Below, piece by piece: positions 10,760 to 22,121 of a stretch of 64,000 bases of DNA (the stretch's first letter is position 1; each line of letters starts with the position of its first letter). The notes under the pieces are model-generated. The model ran no database searches. It was not told the DNA's origin and saw only the letters and a list, made by a program, of their open reading frames with translations. Source of the stretch: Thermoplasmata archaeon (lineage in GTDB: Archaea; Thermoplasmatota; Thermoplasmata; Thermoplasmatales; ARK-15); the NCBI GenBank assembly GCA_039794005.1, contig JBAMMA010000020.1, forward strand, positions 9,188 through 73,187, in the 5' to 3' direction. The position numbers and the translations under genes were made by a program.

Positions 10760-11470
10760 TTACTTTTCTTTATTAAAATATCTTAAAAATAATAAATAAT
10801 TATTTTCCAATCCCAGCTCTTTTATGAATGAAATGCCCTTTTTTACATTCAACATATCCTCCAAATAAAAATGCATGTCCGATCCAACTGATATTGCGAT
10901 ATTTCTACCTTTTATCGATTCAAAGAATGGTCTTGAAAGTTCATAATATTGCTGTGAAAACATAGAATAAAGTGGATTTGTATTTATTTCAACGAATATG
11001 CCTGTGGTCTCTAATGTATCGAGAAAATTTTCAAAATCTACGTTTTTGAAATTTTTATCAATGTTATTGTGGGCCAGTCCTATCGGTATATCAATTTTAT
11101 CATATATTTCAAGTAACTCCCAAAATGGTTTTCCATTCCAAACTGTATCTTGCACATATTCGAACAGTGCATAATCCAACTGATTCAAAACGTTATAATT
11201 CATATTTTCAAAGTCCGTTCTATTTGAAAAATCTATTTCCACACCGATTTTAATGGGAAAATCATATTTTTCAGATATCATCCTTATTCCTTCAATGTAA
11301 TTATTTAAATATTTTGATTTTATTGATTTTGTCTTTACCGTTTCATAATGGTCTGAAATTCCTATCATATCAAAATGGTTCTTTTTTGCAAATTTTATAA
11401 TTTCATCAACACTCAGGGATCCATCGGATAAATTCGTGTGTATATGAAAATCTGTAATTGGTAAATCCAT
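10760..11470 (-). CDS. PHP-domain phosphoesterase
   Basis: DFHIHT, ISDH, GVE, AH and GSDMH metal-ligand motifs. Confidence 0.88.
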   Translation of the reverse strand: MDLPITDFHIHTNLSDGSLSVDEIIKFAKKNHFDMIGISDHYETVKTKSIKSKYLNNYIEGIRMISEKYDFPIKIGVEIDFSNRTDFENMNYNVLNQLDYALFEYVQDTVWNGKPFWELLEIYDKIDIPIGLAHNNIDKNFKNVDFENFLDTLETTGIFVEINTNPLYSMFSQQYYELSRPFFESIKGRNIAISVGSDMHFYLEDMLNVKKGISFIKELGLENNYLLFLRYFNKEK

Positions 11471-12760
11471 TCACCCCACCTTTTCCCATTCTTCCAGTTT
11501 TGAAACCTTTGATAGTGTTGACCCTCTTTTAATTTCCTCCCTCAATCTATTTTCCCTTTCCAAAACATCCAACGCTCTGTTTGCAATTTCTACTACATTT
11601 TCCTTTGGTATAACAACCAGTCCGGATTCATCCCCGACAATCCAGTCACCCGTTCTAATTTTTTGCCCTCCAAATTCCAATTCCACTCCAATCTCCCCAT
11701 ACCCTTTAGGCTCACCTGCATTTGGTACAATATATTTTGCAAATACTGGGAAATTTATTTCCTTTATGAAATCAATGTCCCTTACAGCACCATTTATTAC
11801 CACTCCAGATATTCCTTTCACCTTTGCACTCCAAGAAGCTAATTCACCCCATACTGCCGTTTCACCACCAGCAACATCAATAACTATTACCTGTCCGGGT
11901 TCAGCCTTATCAATGGCCTCTACCGGCTTGGCCCAATCACCGTCAATTGTCCTAACAGTGAGTGCAGGCCCTACCATTTTTCCTCCCTTAGGCAGAATTG
12001 GATTTAATCCATGTATTGCACCCTTTCTATGCATTGCATCACTAATGTTAGGTGTTGAAACCTTTATCAACGCATCCCTGACATTTTCTAAAGTATATTT
12101 TTTAAATAAATCGGTTTTAATTTTTTCCATTTTTGTTATGCTTTCCTTTATTCTTTTAGCTGCTTCTGTAACATTTTCAGCCTTTATTATTGCGCCGCCA
12201 ACTATTATAATATAGGCACCATTCTCAACCATCAATGGTGCGGTTTCGGAATTTATTCCTCCTGCAACTGCTACCGGAATGTTAACGGTCTTTGATACCT
12301 TTTTTAATATATCTATTGGATCCATTCCCTTCATTTGTTGATCCACACCTACATGAACGCACACATAGGATGCACCCAATTTTTCCACTTCCTGTGCCCT
12401 TTTAACCGGATCTATAGTATTGATTAAATCAACCATTATTTTTGAACCATATTTGTTGGCTGCATTTACAGCCTCCTTAATTGTTTCATCATCCGATACT
12501 CCTAAAATTATTATTACATCTGCACCGCTTTTTGCAGCTATTTCTGCCTCAACTCCACCCACATCCATTGTTTTCATATCAGCAACTATCACTTTATCCT
12601 TAAACATCTTCTTAATTGTTCTAACTGCATTCATTCCTTCACTTTTTATTAATGGTGTACCTACCTCAATCCAGTCAACTCCTCCTTCAACCGCTTCCTT
12701 AGCTATTTGGATTGCCCTTTCTAAAATTGTTAAGTCTAAGGCCAATTGTAAAAATACCAT
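11471..12760 (-). CDS. 3-hexulose-6-phosphate synthase fused to an RraA/HMG-aldolase-like domain
   Basis: N-terminal LQLALD, IEVGTPLI, ADMKTMD, VHVGVD, AGGI; C-terminal ISDA, GPALTV, WGEL, GAVRD, GDWIVGDESG. Confidence 0.9.
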   Translation of the reverse strand: MVFLQLALDLTILERAIQIAKEAVEGGVDWIEVGTPLIKSEGMNAVRTIKKMFKDKVIVADMKTMDVGGVEAEIAAKSGADVIIILGVSDDETIKEAVNAANKYGSKIMVDLINTIDPVKRAQEVEKLGASYVCVHVGVDQQMKGMDPIDILKKVSKTVNIPVAVAGGINSETAPLMVENGAYIIIVGGAIIKAENVTEAAKRIKESITKMEKIKTDLFKKYTLENVRDALIKVSTPNISDAMHRKGAIHGLNPILPKGGKMVGPALTVRTIDGDWAKPVEAIDKAEPGQVIVIDVAGGETAVWGELASWSAKVKGISGVVINGAVRDIDFIKEINFPVFAKYIVPNAGEPKGYGEIGVELEFGGQKIRTGDWIVGDESGLVVIPKENVVEIANRALDVLERENRLREEIKRGSTLSKVSKLEEWEKVG

Positions 12761-13005
12761 GATAAAAGATATTTAATCAAACATAAAAATTTTTATCATG
12801 AAAATAAGGTAGATAAAAATTCCAAATGTAATTAAATATATTAATTTAAATTAAAATCATTTAATTTATGAAATTTTTATATTATCATTTCAGAGTTTAA
12901 TTTAAGTAATTACTATCCTGCAATTTAATCAAATTAAAATTCTTATTTAATCAGTAATTTTTCATGATTAAAAAAATTTTTATCTATGATGAAATTAAAA
13001 ATTAC

Positions 13006-13671
13006 ATGGATTATCTTGGATCATCAGGATTAAAAGTAACATTGATTGCATATTCCAAATTAAATTATGAATACCATGGTAACACTACAGATGTTGATAG
13101 ACTAATTGCTCAATGTGGATCCATATCACATTCAAAAAATTTTAAAGAGCTTGATGATGCAAAAGTTGAACATCTTATAAATTTGCTTAAAAAACTTGGC
13201 CATGAATCAGTATTTGAGCATGCATCATTTACATTTTTGATTGAAGGAATATCTAGGGTTTGTTCTCATCAACTGGTAAGACACAGGATTGCATCATATA
13301 CACAACAAAGTCAAAGATATGTACCTCTAGACCCACAGTTTATAATTCCTGAAAGCATTAAAAATTCGGAATTTTACAACGATTTTGTAAATATTTTAAA
13401 TCAATCTAGAGAATTATATAAAAGGATGATACAGAACAAAATAAATAAGGAGGATGCCAGGTTTATACTTCCTCAGGCCGTTGAAACCAAAATCATTGTG
13501 ACAATGAATGGAAGGGAATTGAGACATTTTATTTCATTGAGAGCTGAAAAGGATGCACAGTGGGAAATTAGGAATCTGGCCCGCGAAATGTTAAAACAGG
13601 CTTATAAGGTAGCTCCTATTCTATTTGAAGATCTTTATAAAAATTATATAGAAAATGAGGGAAAAGAATAA
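13006..13671 (+). CDS. thyX: FAD-dependent thymidylate synthase
   Basis: GHESVFEH, RHRIASYTQQSQRY, DARFILP, AQWEIR; start placed at the MDYL ATG. Confidence 0.95.
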   Translation: MDYLGSSGLKVTLIAYSKLNYEYHGNTTDVDRLIAQCGSISHSKNFKELDDAKVEHLINLLKKLGHESVFEHASFTFLIEGISRVCSHQLVRHRIASYTQQSQRYVPLDPQFIIPESIKNSEFYNDFVNILNQSRELYKRMIQNKINKEDARFILPQAVETKIIVTMNGRELRHFISLRAEKDAQWEIRNLAREMLKQAYKVAPILFEDLYKNYIENEGKE

Positions 13672-13697
13672 TAATATTATTAATAATTTACAAAATT

Positions 13698-14720
13698 ATG
13701 GTTCTTAATGAATATTTAAATAAATATCCAAAGTTGGTTGAAAATTATTTAAGAGAATTTTTTGAGGAAAAGAAGAAAAGGCTCGAAGATCCATATATTG
13801 TTGAGGTTTTTGATGCAATATATGAATATACTATGAGGGGAGGAAAAAGGCTTAGACCCCTTTTAATGATCGTTGGATATAAATTATACGGTGGAGAGGA
13901 TGAAGAGGAGATTATAAAGGCATCTGCAAGCATTGAGATTGTACAATCATTCTTATTGATTCATGATGATATCATGGATAATTCTGATTTAAGGAGAGGA
14001 AAACCAACAATACATAAAATATTTGAAAATAAATATAACAATAAAAAGTTAGGTGAAAATCTAGCAATAATCGCTGGTGACCTTGCAAGCATGTATTCGT
14101 ACGAAATTTTTGAAAATCTTAATTTTCCCGAGGAAAGGAAAATAAAGGCAATGTTAAAAATGACGAAAATAATTGAAGATACCGGATATGGACAGATCCT
14201 TGATGTTTTATCATTTTTCAGGGAAGATTTCAATGAAAAAGATTTATTAAAAATACATGAATACAAAACCGCAAAATATACCATAGAAGGGCCAATGATA
14301 ATGGGAGCCATTCTTGCAGGATCAGATAATTTTGATGTGATCACAAATTATGCAATACCTGTTGGAATAGCATTCCAATTACAGGATGATATACTGGGGC
14401 TATTCGGTGACGAAAAAGAGATAGGTAAACCGGTCACATCCGATTTAGAAGAAGGTAAGAAAACACTTTTAATCATAAAGGCAATGGAAAATGAAAAGTT
14501 CAAGGATACTATAATGAAATATCTGGGTAAAAAGGGAATAACAATAGATGAATTGAATGAAGTCAGGAATGCTGTAAAAGAAAGCGGATCCTTGGAATAC
14601 TCCTATATGAAATTGGAAGAGCTGGTAAAAATTGCACAGGAATCCATAAAGCCCATAGATAATGAGGTGAAGAGGTTTTTGTACGAATTCGCTGAATACG
14701 TAGTTAAAAGAAAATATTGA
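13698..14720 (+). CDS. idsA: Geranylgeranyl diphosphate synthase (polyprenyl synthetase)
   Basis: GGKRLRP, FLLIHDDIMD..LRRG, GQILD, FQLQDDILG; Phe five residues upstream of the first DDxxD fits a short-chain product. Confidence 0.9.
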   Translation: MVLNEYLNKYPKLVENYLREFFEEKKKRLEDPYIVEVFDAIYEYTMRGGKRLRPLLMIVGYKLYGGEDEEEIIKASASIEIVQSFLLIHDDIMDNSDLRRGKPTIHKIFENKYNNKKLGENLAIIAGDLASMYSYEIFENLNFPEERKIKAMLKMTKIIEDTGYGQILDVLSFFREDFNEKDLLKIHEYKTAKYTIEGPMIMGAILAGSDNFDVITNYAIPVGIAFQLQDDILGLFGDEKEIGKPVTSDLEEGKKTLLIIKAMENEKFKDTIMKYLGKKGITIDELNEVRNAVKESGSLEYSYMKLEELVKIAQESIKPIDNEVKRFLYEFAEYVVKRKY

Positions 14721-14721
14721 A

Positions 14722-16560
14722 TCATGTGAATTTCACTCTCTTTGATAAGTATTGGCTCTCATTTAAATCCCTGTATGGGTAATCTGAAATTTTTTCTTTG
14801 ATTGTTTTTATAAATTCTTCCAAGGAAATCTCATAATTACCATTTTTATTTCTTTCCCTGATTGTCAAAATATTGGATGATATTTCCTTATCGCCGATAA
14901 CAGCTATATATGGAATCCAATCCATTTCAGCTTCCCTTATCTTCTTTGATAATGAAATTTCTCTGTCATCAAAGTCTGCCCTTATTTTATTTTTCCTGAG
15001 TTCATTCAGAATGACTTCAGAATATTCGTAGTGTTTTTTATCAACAGGGATGATTCTGACAATAGTAGGGCTTAACCAAACAGGAAACATTGGCTTCACA
15101 TTGTTCCTTTTATCTTTTTCAGCTTTTTCTAACATTGCATAAATAACCCTTTCAACTGCACCACTCGGTGAACAGTGCAAAATCAGTGGATAAATCCTTT
15201 CATTCCTTTCGTTGATATAGGTAATGTTAAATCTTCTTGAATTGTCAACATCAATTTGAACTGTGCTTAATGCAGCCGCTTTATTTGTATTGTCTACAAA
15301 GTTAAATTCGAATTTTAGAATAAAATAGAAAAACTTTTCCTCCCATATTTGTATTAAAACAGGTTTATTTATCCTTCTCTGAAGTTCATATATAAAATCT
15401 TTGTTGTTTTCATAAAATTCCCTTGTAAATCTGATTGCAACTTCATAGTCTTTTGTATCAAGTCCAAAGGCTTTTAAAACATCAATTGAAAGCATGTATT
15501 GCTTCATAAATTCCTCTTTTGCATTATCTAAATCTGCTACAAAGGTATGCATATCAGGCATAGTGAATGCCCTTAATCTCCTTAATCCCACCAATTCACC
15601 ATGCTTCTCTCTTCTAAATGAATATCTCGTTAATTCATACAATCTTAAAGGTAATTGTTTATACGATATTGTTGCATCTTTTGCTATTAAAAACTGACCA
15701 AAACATGCCGAAAATCTTAAAAAGAATTTGTCCTCTCCGGATAATACAGTATATTGTCTGGCTGGAAATCTCTCCAAATAGCTTTTTAGTGCAGGATGGT
15801 TGTAATCGTACATGATAGGGGTTTCTACCTCCTGAGCTCCGTAATTTAAAACTCTTTCGGTTACATAATTTTCAATCAAAGATTTAATTAATTTCCCCTT
15901 TGGGAAATACCTCAAATTCCCTGCATCACTACCTTCTTCATATCCAGCTATTTCAAGTGTTTTCATGTATTTCACATGTGGTGGCATTTCATGCACAGCC
16001 CTTGTCCCACTTATTTCATATTCAACAAATGTTTTTAAATTTTCATAACCCGTATAATCGAATTTATCCACATCTATTAATATACCGTCATTTAAAATAT
16101 ACCATGATGTTTTTAATTTATTTTCATTCTTCAATGCCTCAGGTTCTTCATATTCTGAAATGGTTTTTGAGAGTTCGGATAGTGGATGGCCTTTACACGA
16201 TATCTTAAAACTCTTATACCATCCGAATGGTGATGTATGCATTTCATAACCCATGTCTTTAATATTTTCCCTTAATTTGTTTAATATATTTATAGCAGTT
16301 TCTGGACTTGCTAAATCGGAACTCAGATGTGCATATGGATATATGAAAATTCTCTTCACATTTATTTGTTTTGCAACTCCATCAATCTCAATAGCCGCAT
16401 TATCGGCAGTATTAATCTTGTCATTTCTTTCCACAGAAACAAACACTACCAATACCTCTTCAACCCTATCATGATCCTTTTCATATTCTTCTGCAATTTT
16501 TGTGGCCTTTTCCCTTACATTATATTCTATATAATCTGAATGAATAAAAAGTAATTTCAT
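14722..16560 (-). CDS. thrS: Threonine--tRNA ligase (archaeal type with N-terminal editing domain)
   Basis: YPYAHLS, SPFGWYK, CKGHPLSELS, LRFSACFGQF, FTMPDMH; start at MKLLFIH. Confidence 0.97.
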   Translation of the reverse strand: MKLLFIHSDYIEYNVREKATKIAEEYEKDHDRVEEVLVVFVSVERNDKINTADNAAIEIDGVAKQINVKRIFIYPYAHLSSDLASPETAINILNKLRENIKDMGYEMHTSPFGWYKSFKISCKGHPLSELSKTISEYEEPEALKNENKLKTSWYILNDGILIDVDKFDYTGYENLKTFVEYEISGTRAVHEMPPHVKYMKTLEIAGYEEGSDAGNLRYFPKGKLIKSLIENYVTERVLNYGAQEVETPIMYDYNHPALKSYLERFPARQYTVLSGEDKFFLRFSACFGQFLIAKDATISYKQLPLRLYELTRYSFRREKHGELVGLRRLRAFTMPDMHTFVADLDNAKEEFMKQYMLSIDVLKAFGLDTKDYEVAIRFTREFYENNKDFIYELQRRINKPVLIQIWEEKFFYFILKFEFNFVDNTNKAAALSTVQIDVDNSRRFNITYINERNERIYPLILHCSPSGAVERVIYAMLEKAEKDKRNNVKPMFPVWLSPTIVRIIPVDKKHYEYSEVILNELRKNKIRADFDDREISLSKKIREAEMDWIPYIAVIGDKEISSNILTIRERNKNGNYEISLEEFIKTIKEKISDYPYRDLNESQYLSKRVKFT

Positions 16561-16658
16561 AAAGAAAATTATTATAATTAATGATAAAAACTTATTGATT
16601 TTTCTCAAACTAAAATGAAAATATTTTTAAATTCCAATATAATATATTTCTGATTTTC

Positions 16659-19600
16659 ATGTCAAAGATCACATTCAATCCTAAAAAAAATTTAGCAGAA
16701 ATAGAGAAGGAAGTTTTAGAATATTGGAAAGAAAATAACATTTACAAAAAAAGAAGAGAATTGAATAAAAACGGGAAGGTTTTCACATTTTTAGAAGGCC
16801 CCCCAACAGCAAATGGACAACCCCACCTTGGTCATGCTTTAACAAGGGCAGTTAAGGACGTTGTTTTAAGATATCATATGATGAAAGGTGAAAATATATA
16901 TCCGGGTATTGCTGGATGGGATTGTCATGGCCTTCCAGTTGAATTGGAAGTTGAAAAACAGCTGAAAATCAATTCGAAAAAAGAGATCGAGAAGTTTGGA
17001 ATCAGAGAATTTAACATGCTTTGCAAGGAATCCGTTTTCAAATATAAAAAGGAATGGGAGGAAATGTCTGAAAGAATCGGATTTTGGATAGATTTTCAAA
17101 ATGCATATAAAACCATGGACGATTCTTATATTGAAAGTGTATGGTGGGCGTTATCAAAACTTTGGAAAATGAACATGCTTGAAAAAAGTTTTAAAATTGT
17201 TCCATACTGTCCCAGATGTGGGACTCCATTATCCAGTCATGAGGTGGCCCAGGGATATAAAAATACAGAGGATCCATCAATTTATGTAAAATTCAAAGTA
17301 AAGGATGAAGATGCATATTTTCTTGTTTGGACCACTACACCCTGGACATTACCTAGCAACATGTTTTTGGCTGTAAACAGAAATGTAATTTACAATTTAA
17401 TTGAATATCAGGGGGAAAAGTATTATATAGCCAAAGATAGGATAAAAGGTTTAATAGAAAATCCAAAAGTATTGAAGGAATTAAAAGGTGAAGAATTATT
17501 AAATAAAAGGTATGAAAGGCCTATAGATACCATTAAAATTGATCAAGATGTATTTTTTGTTGTACATGGAGATTTTGTTACTACAGAAGATGGTACAGGA
17601 ATTGTTCATATTGCTCCCGCCTTCGGAGCCGATGACTTTGAAATTGGAAAAAAATACAACGTAAAAATTGTAAATCCGATAGATAGAGAGGGGAAGTTCA
17701 TTGAAGGTCTTTGGGCTGGAAAATTTGTAAAGGATGCAGATAAAGAGATCATAAAATATCTTAAAGAGAAAAAACTGTTATTCAAGAATGAAAGAATAAA
17801 ACACACATACCCATTCTGCTGGAGATGTGGTACACCATTACTTTATTATCCACTTGATACATGGTACATTAAGGTATCAAAAATAAGAGAAAAATTAAAA
17901 GAAAATAATGAAAAAATAAATTGGATACCTGAAAATATAAAATATGGTAGATTTGGAAATTTTTTGGATGAAGCAAAAGACTGGGCATTGAGCAGGGATA
18001 GATATTGGGGAACGCCATTAAATATATGGAAATGTAAAAATGATCATTATTTTGTTCCTTCTTCATTTGATGAATTATTTAAGAATTCAGATTATGTACC
18101 TGATAATTTTGAACCACATAGACCATGGGTTGATGAAATAGAGGTAAAATGTCCAATATGCAATGAAAAGATGATTAGAGAACCGTATCTCATAGATGTA
18201 TGGTTTGATTCTGGAAGCGCAACATTTGCTCAATTCCACTATCCATATCAGAATGAAAATTTAATTGAATATTATATTCCGGTTGATTTCATCAGCGAAG
18301 CAATGGATCAGACAAGAGGATGGTTTTATACATTACACACGGTCAATAGTTTATTATTTAACAAAAATGCATTTAAAAATGTAATCACTTTGGGTTTCGT
18401 TTTGAATGAAAAAGGAGAAAAAATGAGTAAGAGTAAGGGGGATGCGGTAGACCCCATCCCTTACATGGATGAGGTCGGTGCAGATTCACTGAGGCTATAC
18501 TTTTACAGCGTGCCTCCATGGAAAGATAGAAGAGTCTCAATAAATCTTATTAAGGAATACAAATCAAAGACCATTGATACCCTTTTCAATTCATACATAT
18601 TTTATAGGAACAATGCAATGATAGACAAATTTAAATTTGATGAATTAAAAATTAAAAACGAAATAGATTTCTGGATAATTTCCAGATTGAATTCAACAAT
18701 AAAATCAATTAAGGAAAACATGGAAAATTATCAGATTCATAAATCTACAGAATATATTGAAAAATTCATATGGGATTTGAGCAACTGGTATATAAGAAGA
18801 TCTAGAAGGAGATTTTGGTCTGAAAAAATGGATGAAGATAAATTAAGTGCATATAGAACAATGTATTATGTATTTGAACGATTTACAAGATCCATAGCAC
18901 CATTTGTTCCATTCATTTCAGATTATATATACATGGATTTGACTGGTTCTGAAAGTGTACATTTAACTGAATTTCCAGAATATGATGAAAAATTAATAAA
19001 AAAAGATTTAGAGAATGAGATGGAAATAGTTATTAATATTGTTGAAGCCGGAAGAAGGGCAAGGCAGGAGATGAATATAAAAACAAGGCAACCTTTAGAA
19101 AAATTGATCCTGATAATTTATAACAACGATATAATAAATATAATCAAAAAATATGAAGATATTATTATGGACGAATTAAATGTTAAAAAAGTTGAAATTG
19201 GAATGGATGCAAATAATTATATAAAGACGGAAATTAAATTAAATCATACCGTTGCTGGCCCTATATTGAAATCTGATATGAAGAGGATTAATGAAATTTT
19301 AAACAATTATAGGGATATTATTATTGAAAATATTTTGAACAATAGATCAACCAAAATTGAAAATTATGATTTACCGCCAGAGGCATTTATTGTTTCAAAA
19401 ATTCCATTGGATGATTATCATTTAATAGAGGAGAAGAATTTTGATCTTTTAATGAGTAAAAAGATAAATAGGGATTTATTGTTAGAAGGTTTAGCCAGAG
19501 ATTTGATAAGGAGAATACAATTGATGAGAAAGGAACTTGATCTTGATTATGATGAAAAAATCGTGTTGAATATAAAAACCGATGATAAGGATATCATAGA

Positions 19601-19748
19601 ATCCATAGAAAAAATGAAAGGTTATATTGAAAATGAAACACTTTCTAAAATACTTGAAATCAATGAGGGATATATAAAAGATTGGGAAATAGATGGAAAA
19701 AATGTAAGAATAATAATCAAAAGAGTGATTAAAAATGGACAAGATTGA
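16659..19748 (+). CDS. ileS: Isoleucine--tRNA ligase
   Basis: EGPPTANG.PHLGH, GWDCHGLP, WTTTPWTLP, DWALSRDRYWGTP, KMSKS. Confidence 0.98.
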   Translation: MSKITFNPKKNLAEIEKEVLEYWKENNIYKKRRELNKNGKVFTFLEGPPTANGQPHLGHALTRAVKDVVLRYHMMKGENIYPGIAGWDCHGLPVELEVEKQLKINSKKEIEKFGIREFNMLCKESVFKYKKEWEEMSERIGFWIDFQNAYKTMDDSYIESVWWALSKLWKMNMLEKSFKIVPYCPRCGTPLSSHEVAQGYKNTEDPSIYVKFKVKDEDAYFLVWTTTPWTLPSNMFLAVNRNVIYNLIEYQGEKYYIAKDRIKGLIENPKVLKELKGEELLNKRYERPIDTIKIDQDVFFVVHGDFVTTEDGTGIVHIAPAFGADDFEIGKKYNVKIVNPIDREGKFIEGLWAGKFVKDADKEIIKYLKEKKLLFKNERIKHTYPFCWRCGTPLLYYPLDTWYIKVSKIREKLKENNEKINWIPENIKYGRFGNFLDEAKDWALSRDRYWGTPLNIWKCKNDHYFVPSSFDELFKNSDYVPDNFEPHRPWVDEIEVKCPICNEKMIREPYLIDVWFDSGSATFAQFHYPYQNENLIEYYIPVDFISEAMDQTRGWFYTLHTVNSLLFNKNAFKNVITLGFVLNEKGEKMSKSKGDAVDPIPYMDEVGADSLRLYFYSVPPWKDRRVSINLIKEYKSKTIDTLFNSYIFYRNNAMIDKFKFDELKIKNEIDFWIISRLNSTIKSIKENMENYQIHKSTEYIEKFIWDLSNWYIRRSRRRFWSEKMDEDKLSAYRTMYYVFERFTRSIAPFVPFISDYIYMDLTGSESVHLTEFPEYDEKLIKKDLENEMEIVINIVEAGRRARQEMNIKTRQPLEKLILIIYNNDIINIIKKYEDIIMDELNVKKVEIGMDANNYIKTEIKLNHTVAGPILKSDMKRINEILNNYRDIIIENILNNRSTKIENYDLPPEAFIVSKIPLDDYHLIEEKNFDLLMSKKINRDLLLEGLARDLIRRIQLMRKELDLDYDEKIVLNIKTDDKDIIESIEKMKGYIENETLSKILEINEGYIKDWEIDGKNVRIIIKRVIKNGQD

Positions 19749-20487
19749 TATTTCCACAATAATTATAATTTATAGTATATCTTTGATTTTCTTGCTTCTC
19801 AGTTATTTTTTGTTCACAGATATATTTATGATATTTCCATTTATCGCTGTATATGTAATATATAAAAGAAAATATCAGAATTTTAAGAAATGGGTTCTGC
19901 TAGGATCAATCGCTATAATTTTAATGTCTTTAACCGTCTGGGCCTTTCTTCCAATGACCTACAATGAAATACATCAGGATTTATCATCAATAAATTATGT
20001 CGGAAATAAAACTCTGGTAGAAAATTTTTCTTATTCAATAAATAATAATATATATAATATTTATATAAAATCATTAAAAAGTATTGATTATAATATTTCT
20101 ATAGTTGAGTATTTAAAAAATGGATCTGAAAAATATATTGTTAATATTTCAGGAAATTCTCATATAAATGGCTCCTATTATTACATAAATATAAATTATA
20201 ATATTTCAAATCTCCAGAAAGATATTTATTTGACAAATATAACATTAACAAATGGAACTAACAGATTGAATATATATTTATTTCAACCGAATCTGTACAG
20301 CAAAATAGAATATCAAAATCTTTTAATGGAATATGCATTTAATATAACATTTTCAATTTTTCTTTACATTTTAATATTTAGTGAATTCATATTTGTATTA
20401 ATAGGATTTGGAATTTACATGCTTTTAAAGGGAAGAAGAGTAATAAAAGATATGACACAGAATCAAGAGAAATCAAATCCTCCTTAA
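19735..20487 (+). CDS. Hypothetical membrane protein with an Asn-rich extracellular domain
   Basis: TM segments at both ends; many N-x-S/T sequons; overlaps the ileS stop. Confidence 0.7.
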   Translation: MDKIDISTIIIIYSISLIFLLLSYFLFTDIFMIFPFIAVYVIYKRKYQNFKKWVLLGSIAIILMSLTVWAFLPMTYNEIHQDLSSINYVGNKTLVENFSYSINNNIYNIYIKSLKSIDYNISIVEYLKNGSEKYIVNISGNSHINGSYYYININYNISNLQKDIYLTNITLTNGTNRLNIYLFQPNLYSKIEYQNLLMEYAFNITFSIFLYILIFSEFIFVLIGFGIYMLLKGRRVIKDMTQNQEKSNPP

Positions 20488-22005
20488 TTCATCTTTAATA
20501 TATTTCAGCATATCTCTTATGTTAAAGGAATCTATAATGTATTTTATATCATTTTTATTAATTCCTTTTAATAGGTAAGATATTATAATGAAAATTAAAT
20601 ATGTTAATATGAAATATGATATAAGATAATACCAATTTTTTGAAGGTAATTTGAAAAAGATTATTGAATACATTATAAAACCCGTTAAAATGCCTGAAAT
20701 GATTTGCTTTATTACCACATTATTAACGTAACTTTTTATATATCTTGATACATAAGTTCTGAATAAAAGGGAGTTTGCTGTAGTCGAAATAAATATAGAT
20801 AATGCCAGACCCGTAGCTCCAAGGCCAAGCATTTTTATTCCAAATATGCTTTTGGGTATTGTTATAATATCCAGAAAGATTAAGAATAGGCTTGAAAATA
20901 TCTGAATATACATTGAATTCTTCGGTTTATCAATTGCATTGAAATGTGTAGAATATGGTATATTTATTGCGTTAACATATGCATTAATTCCCAAAATTAC
21001 CAATACCATACTAAATGGAATTAAAGATGATGTCCATAAATTCAATATTTGATCTGAAAATATGATGAAAAATATTACAAATGGCAGGATCGTTATGGAC
21101 AAAAATTTTTCAAATTCTTGCATCAACCATGAATACTTATTTATATCGTTATTTTTATAAGATGATGATAAATTTGGCAGAATAAATGAAGATAGTGAAA
21201 TCGTTATAGAATTAATGAACATGATTATATTGGTAATCGATATATATGCTCCCAGAAAAATCGGACCCCAGTAATATTGCAAAATCAAATTTGATGAATA
21301 TGTGGCAATAATGTAAAAAATTGATGTAATCGAGACAGGTATTGCAAATCTAATATATGTTTTAAAATCTTCCTTTTCCGGTCTTACAAACTTCCAATCT
21401 CTTGCATAAATGGAATACAATAATACATATAATATATAACTCAATACTAATATAAATGCCAATGTCATTGAAAATTCTTCTTTATTCACAAGGGTTCTGG
21501 CAATAAAATAGCTAGTTAATATATATAAAACATTCCTAAATGTTGCCTCAATAATCCTTGGAATTGAAATTATGGCAGCCTTGGATAAGGCATTGAATGT
21601 TGCCTGATAAAATAAAACTAAAGATTGCATTATATAATAAAATAGGATTAAAATTATTGTATAATATTCATATGGTGATGATAAATTCCTGCCAGTTATC
21701 ATTTTTACAAAAATAAGAGATGATAATGATACTGTTGTGAATATAATAATCAATATTAATTTGACAATAAAATAGACCGAAATACCTTTCCATGGATCGA
21801 ATCCCTCTGATATTTTCTTTATATGTGCAGTTGAAAATCCAAAATCCAGGATAAATGAAAACAATCCCAGATAGGATAATGAGAATTGTAAAATTCCATA
21901 TGTCTCAAGGCCAGAATATCTCAATATAAAAAATAGTCCTATATATCCAATTATTCCGGTCAATATATTCTGAGCAACCATCAACAGAGATTTCCGACCT
22001 AACAT
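20473..22005 (-). CDS. MOP-superfamily oligosaccharide flippase (Wzx/RfbX-like)
   Basis: About 14 TMs; YG...FSLS...LDFGF pattern. Confidence 0.85.
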   Translation of the reverse strand: MLGRKSLLMVAQNILTGIIGYIGLFFILRYSGLETYGILQFSLSYLGLFSFILDFGFSTAHIKKISEGFDPWKGISVYFIVKLILIIIFTTVSLSSLIFVKMITGRNLSSPYEYYTIILILFYYIMQSLVLFYQATFNALSKAAIISIPRIIEATFRNVLYILTSYFIARTLVNKEEFSMTLAFILVLSYILYVLLYSIYARDWKFVRPEKEDFKTYIRFAIPVSITSIFYIIATYSSNLILQYYWGPIFLGAYISITNIIMFINSITISLSSFILPNLSSSYKNNDINKYSWLMQEFEKFLSITILPFVIFFIIFSDQILNLWTSSLIPFSMVLVILGINAYVNAINIPYSTHFNAIDKPKNSMYIQIFSSLFLIFLDIITIPKSIFGIKMLGLGATGLALSIFISTTANSLLFRTYVSRYIKSYVNNVVIKQIISGILTGFIMYSIIFFKLPSKNWYYLISYFILTYLIFIIISYLLKGINKNDIKYIIDSFNIRDMLKYIKDELRRI

Positions 22006-22121
22006 TATTTTTGCACCTTTTTAAATAATTGTTTTGAGATATTAATAATCTATTATATCTCTTCATTTTATTTAAATCAAATTAGAAAATATAATATATT
22101 GACATATTTATAATCCTATAA

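Noticed and set aside
11766-12776. Antisense ORFs of 149 and 118 aa, and the many similar shadow ORFs across the window
   Set aside because: They lie opposite well-supported genes and have no motifs; expected from codon bias
12761-13005. AT-rich intergenic region with imperfect inverted repeats and an ATGATGA near 12987
   Set aside because: No matching box D or terminal stem; explained by divergent promoters and base composition
16561-16608. N-terminal extensions of track ORFs (thrS; also mat, thyX, bcp, cydA', CysD-like)
   Set aside because: They run through promoter DNA or the upstream gene; downstream ATGs fit family N-termini or SD sites better
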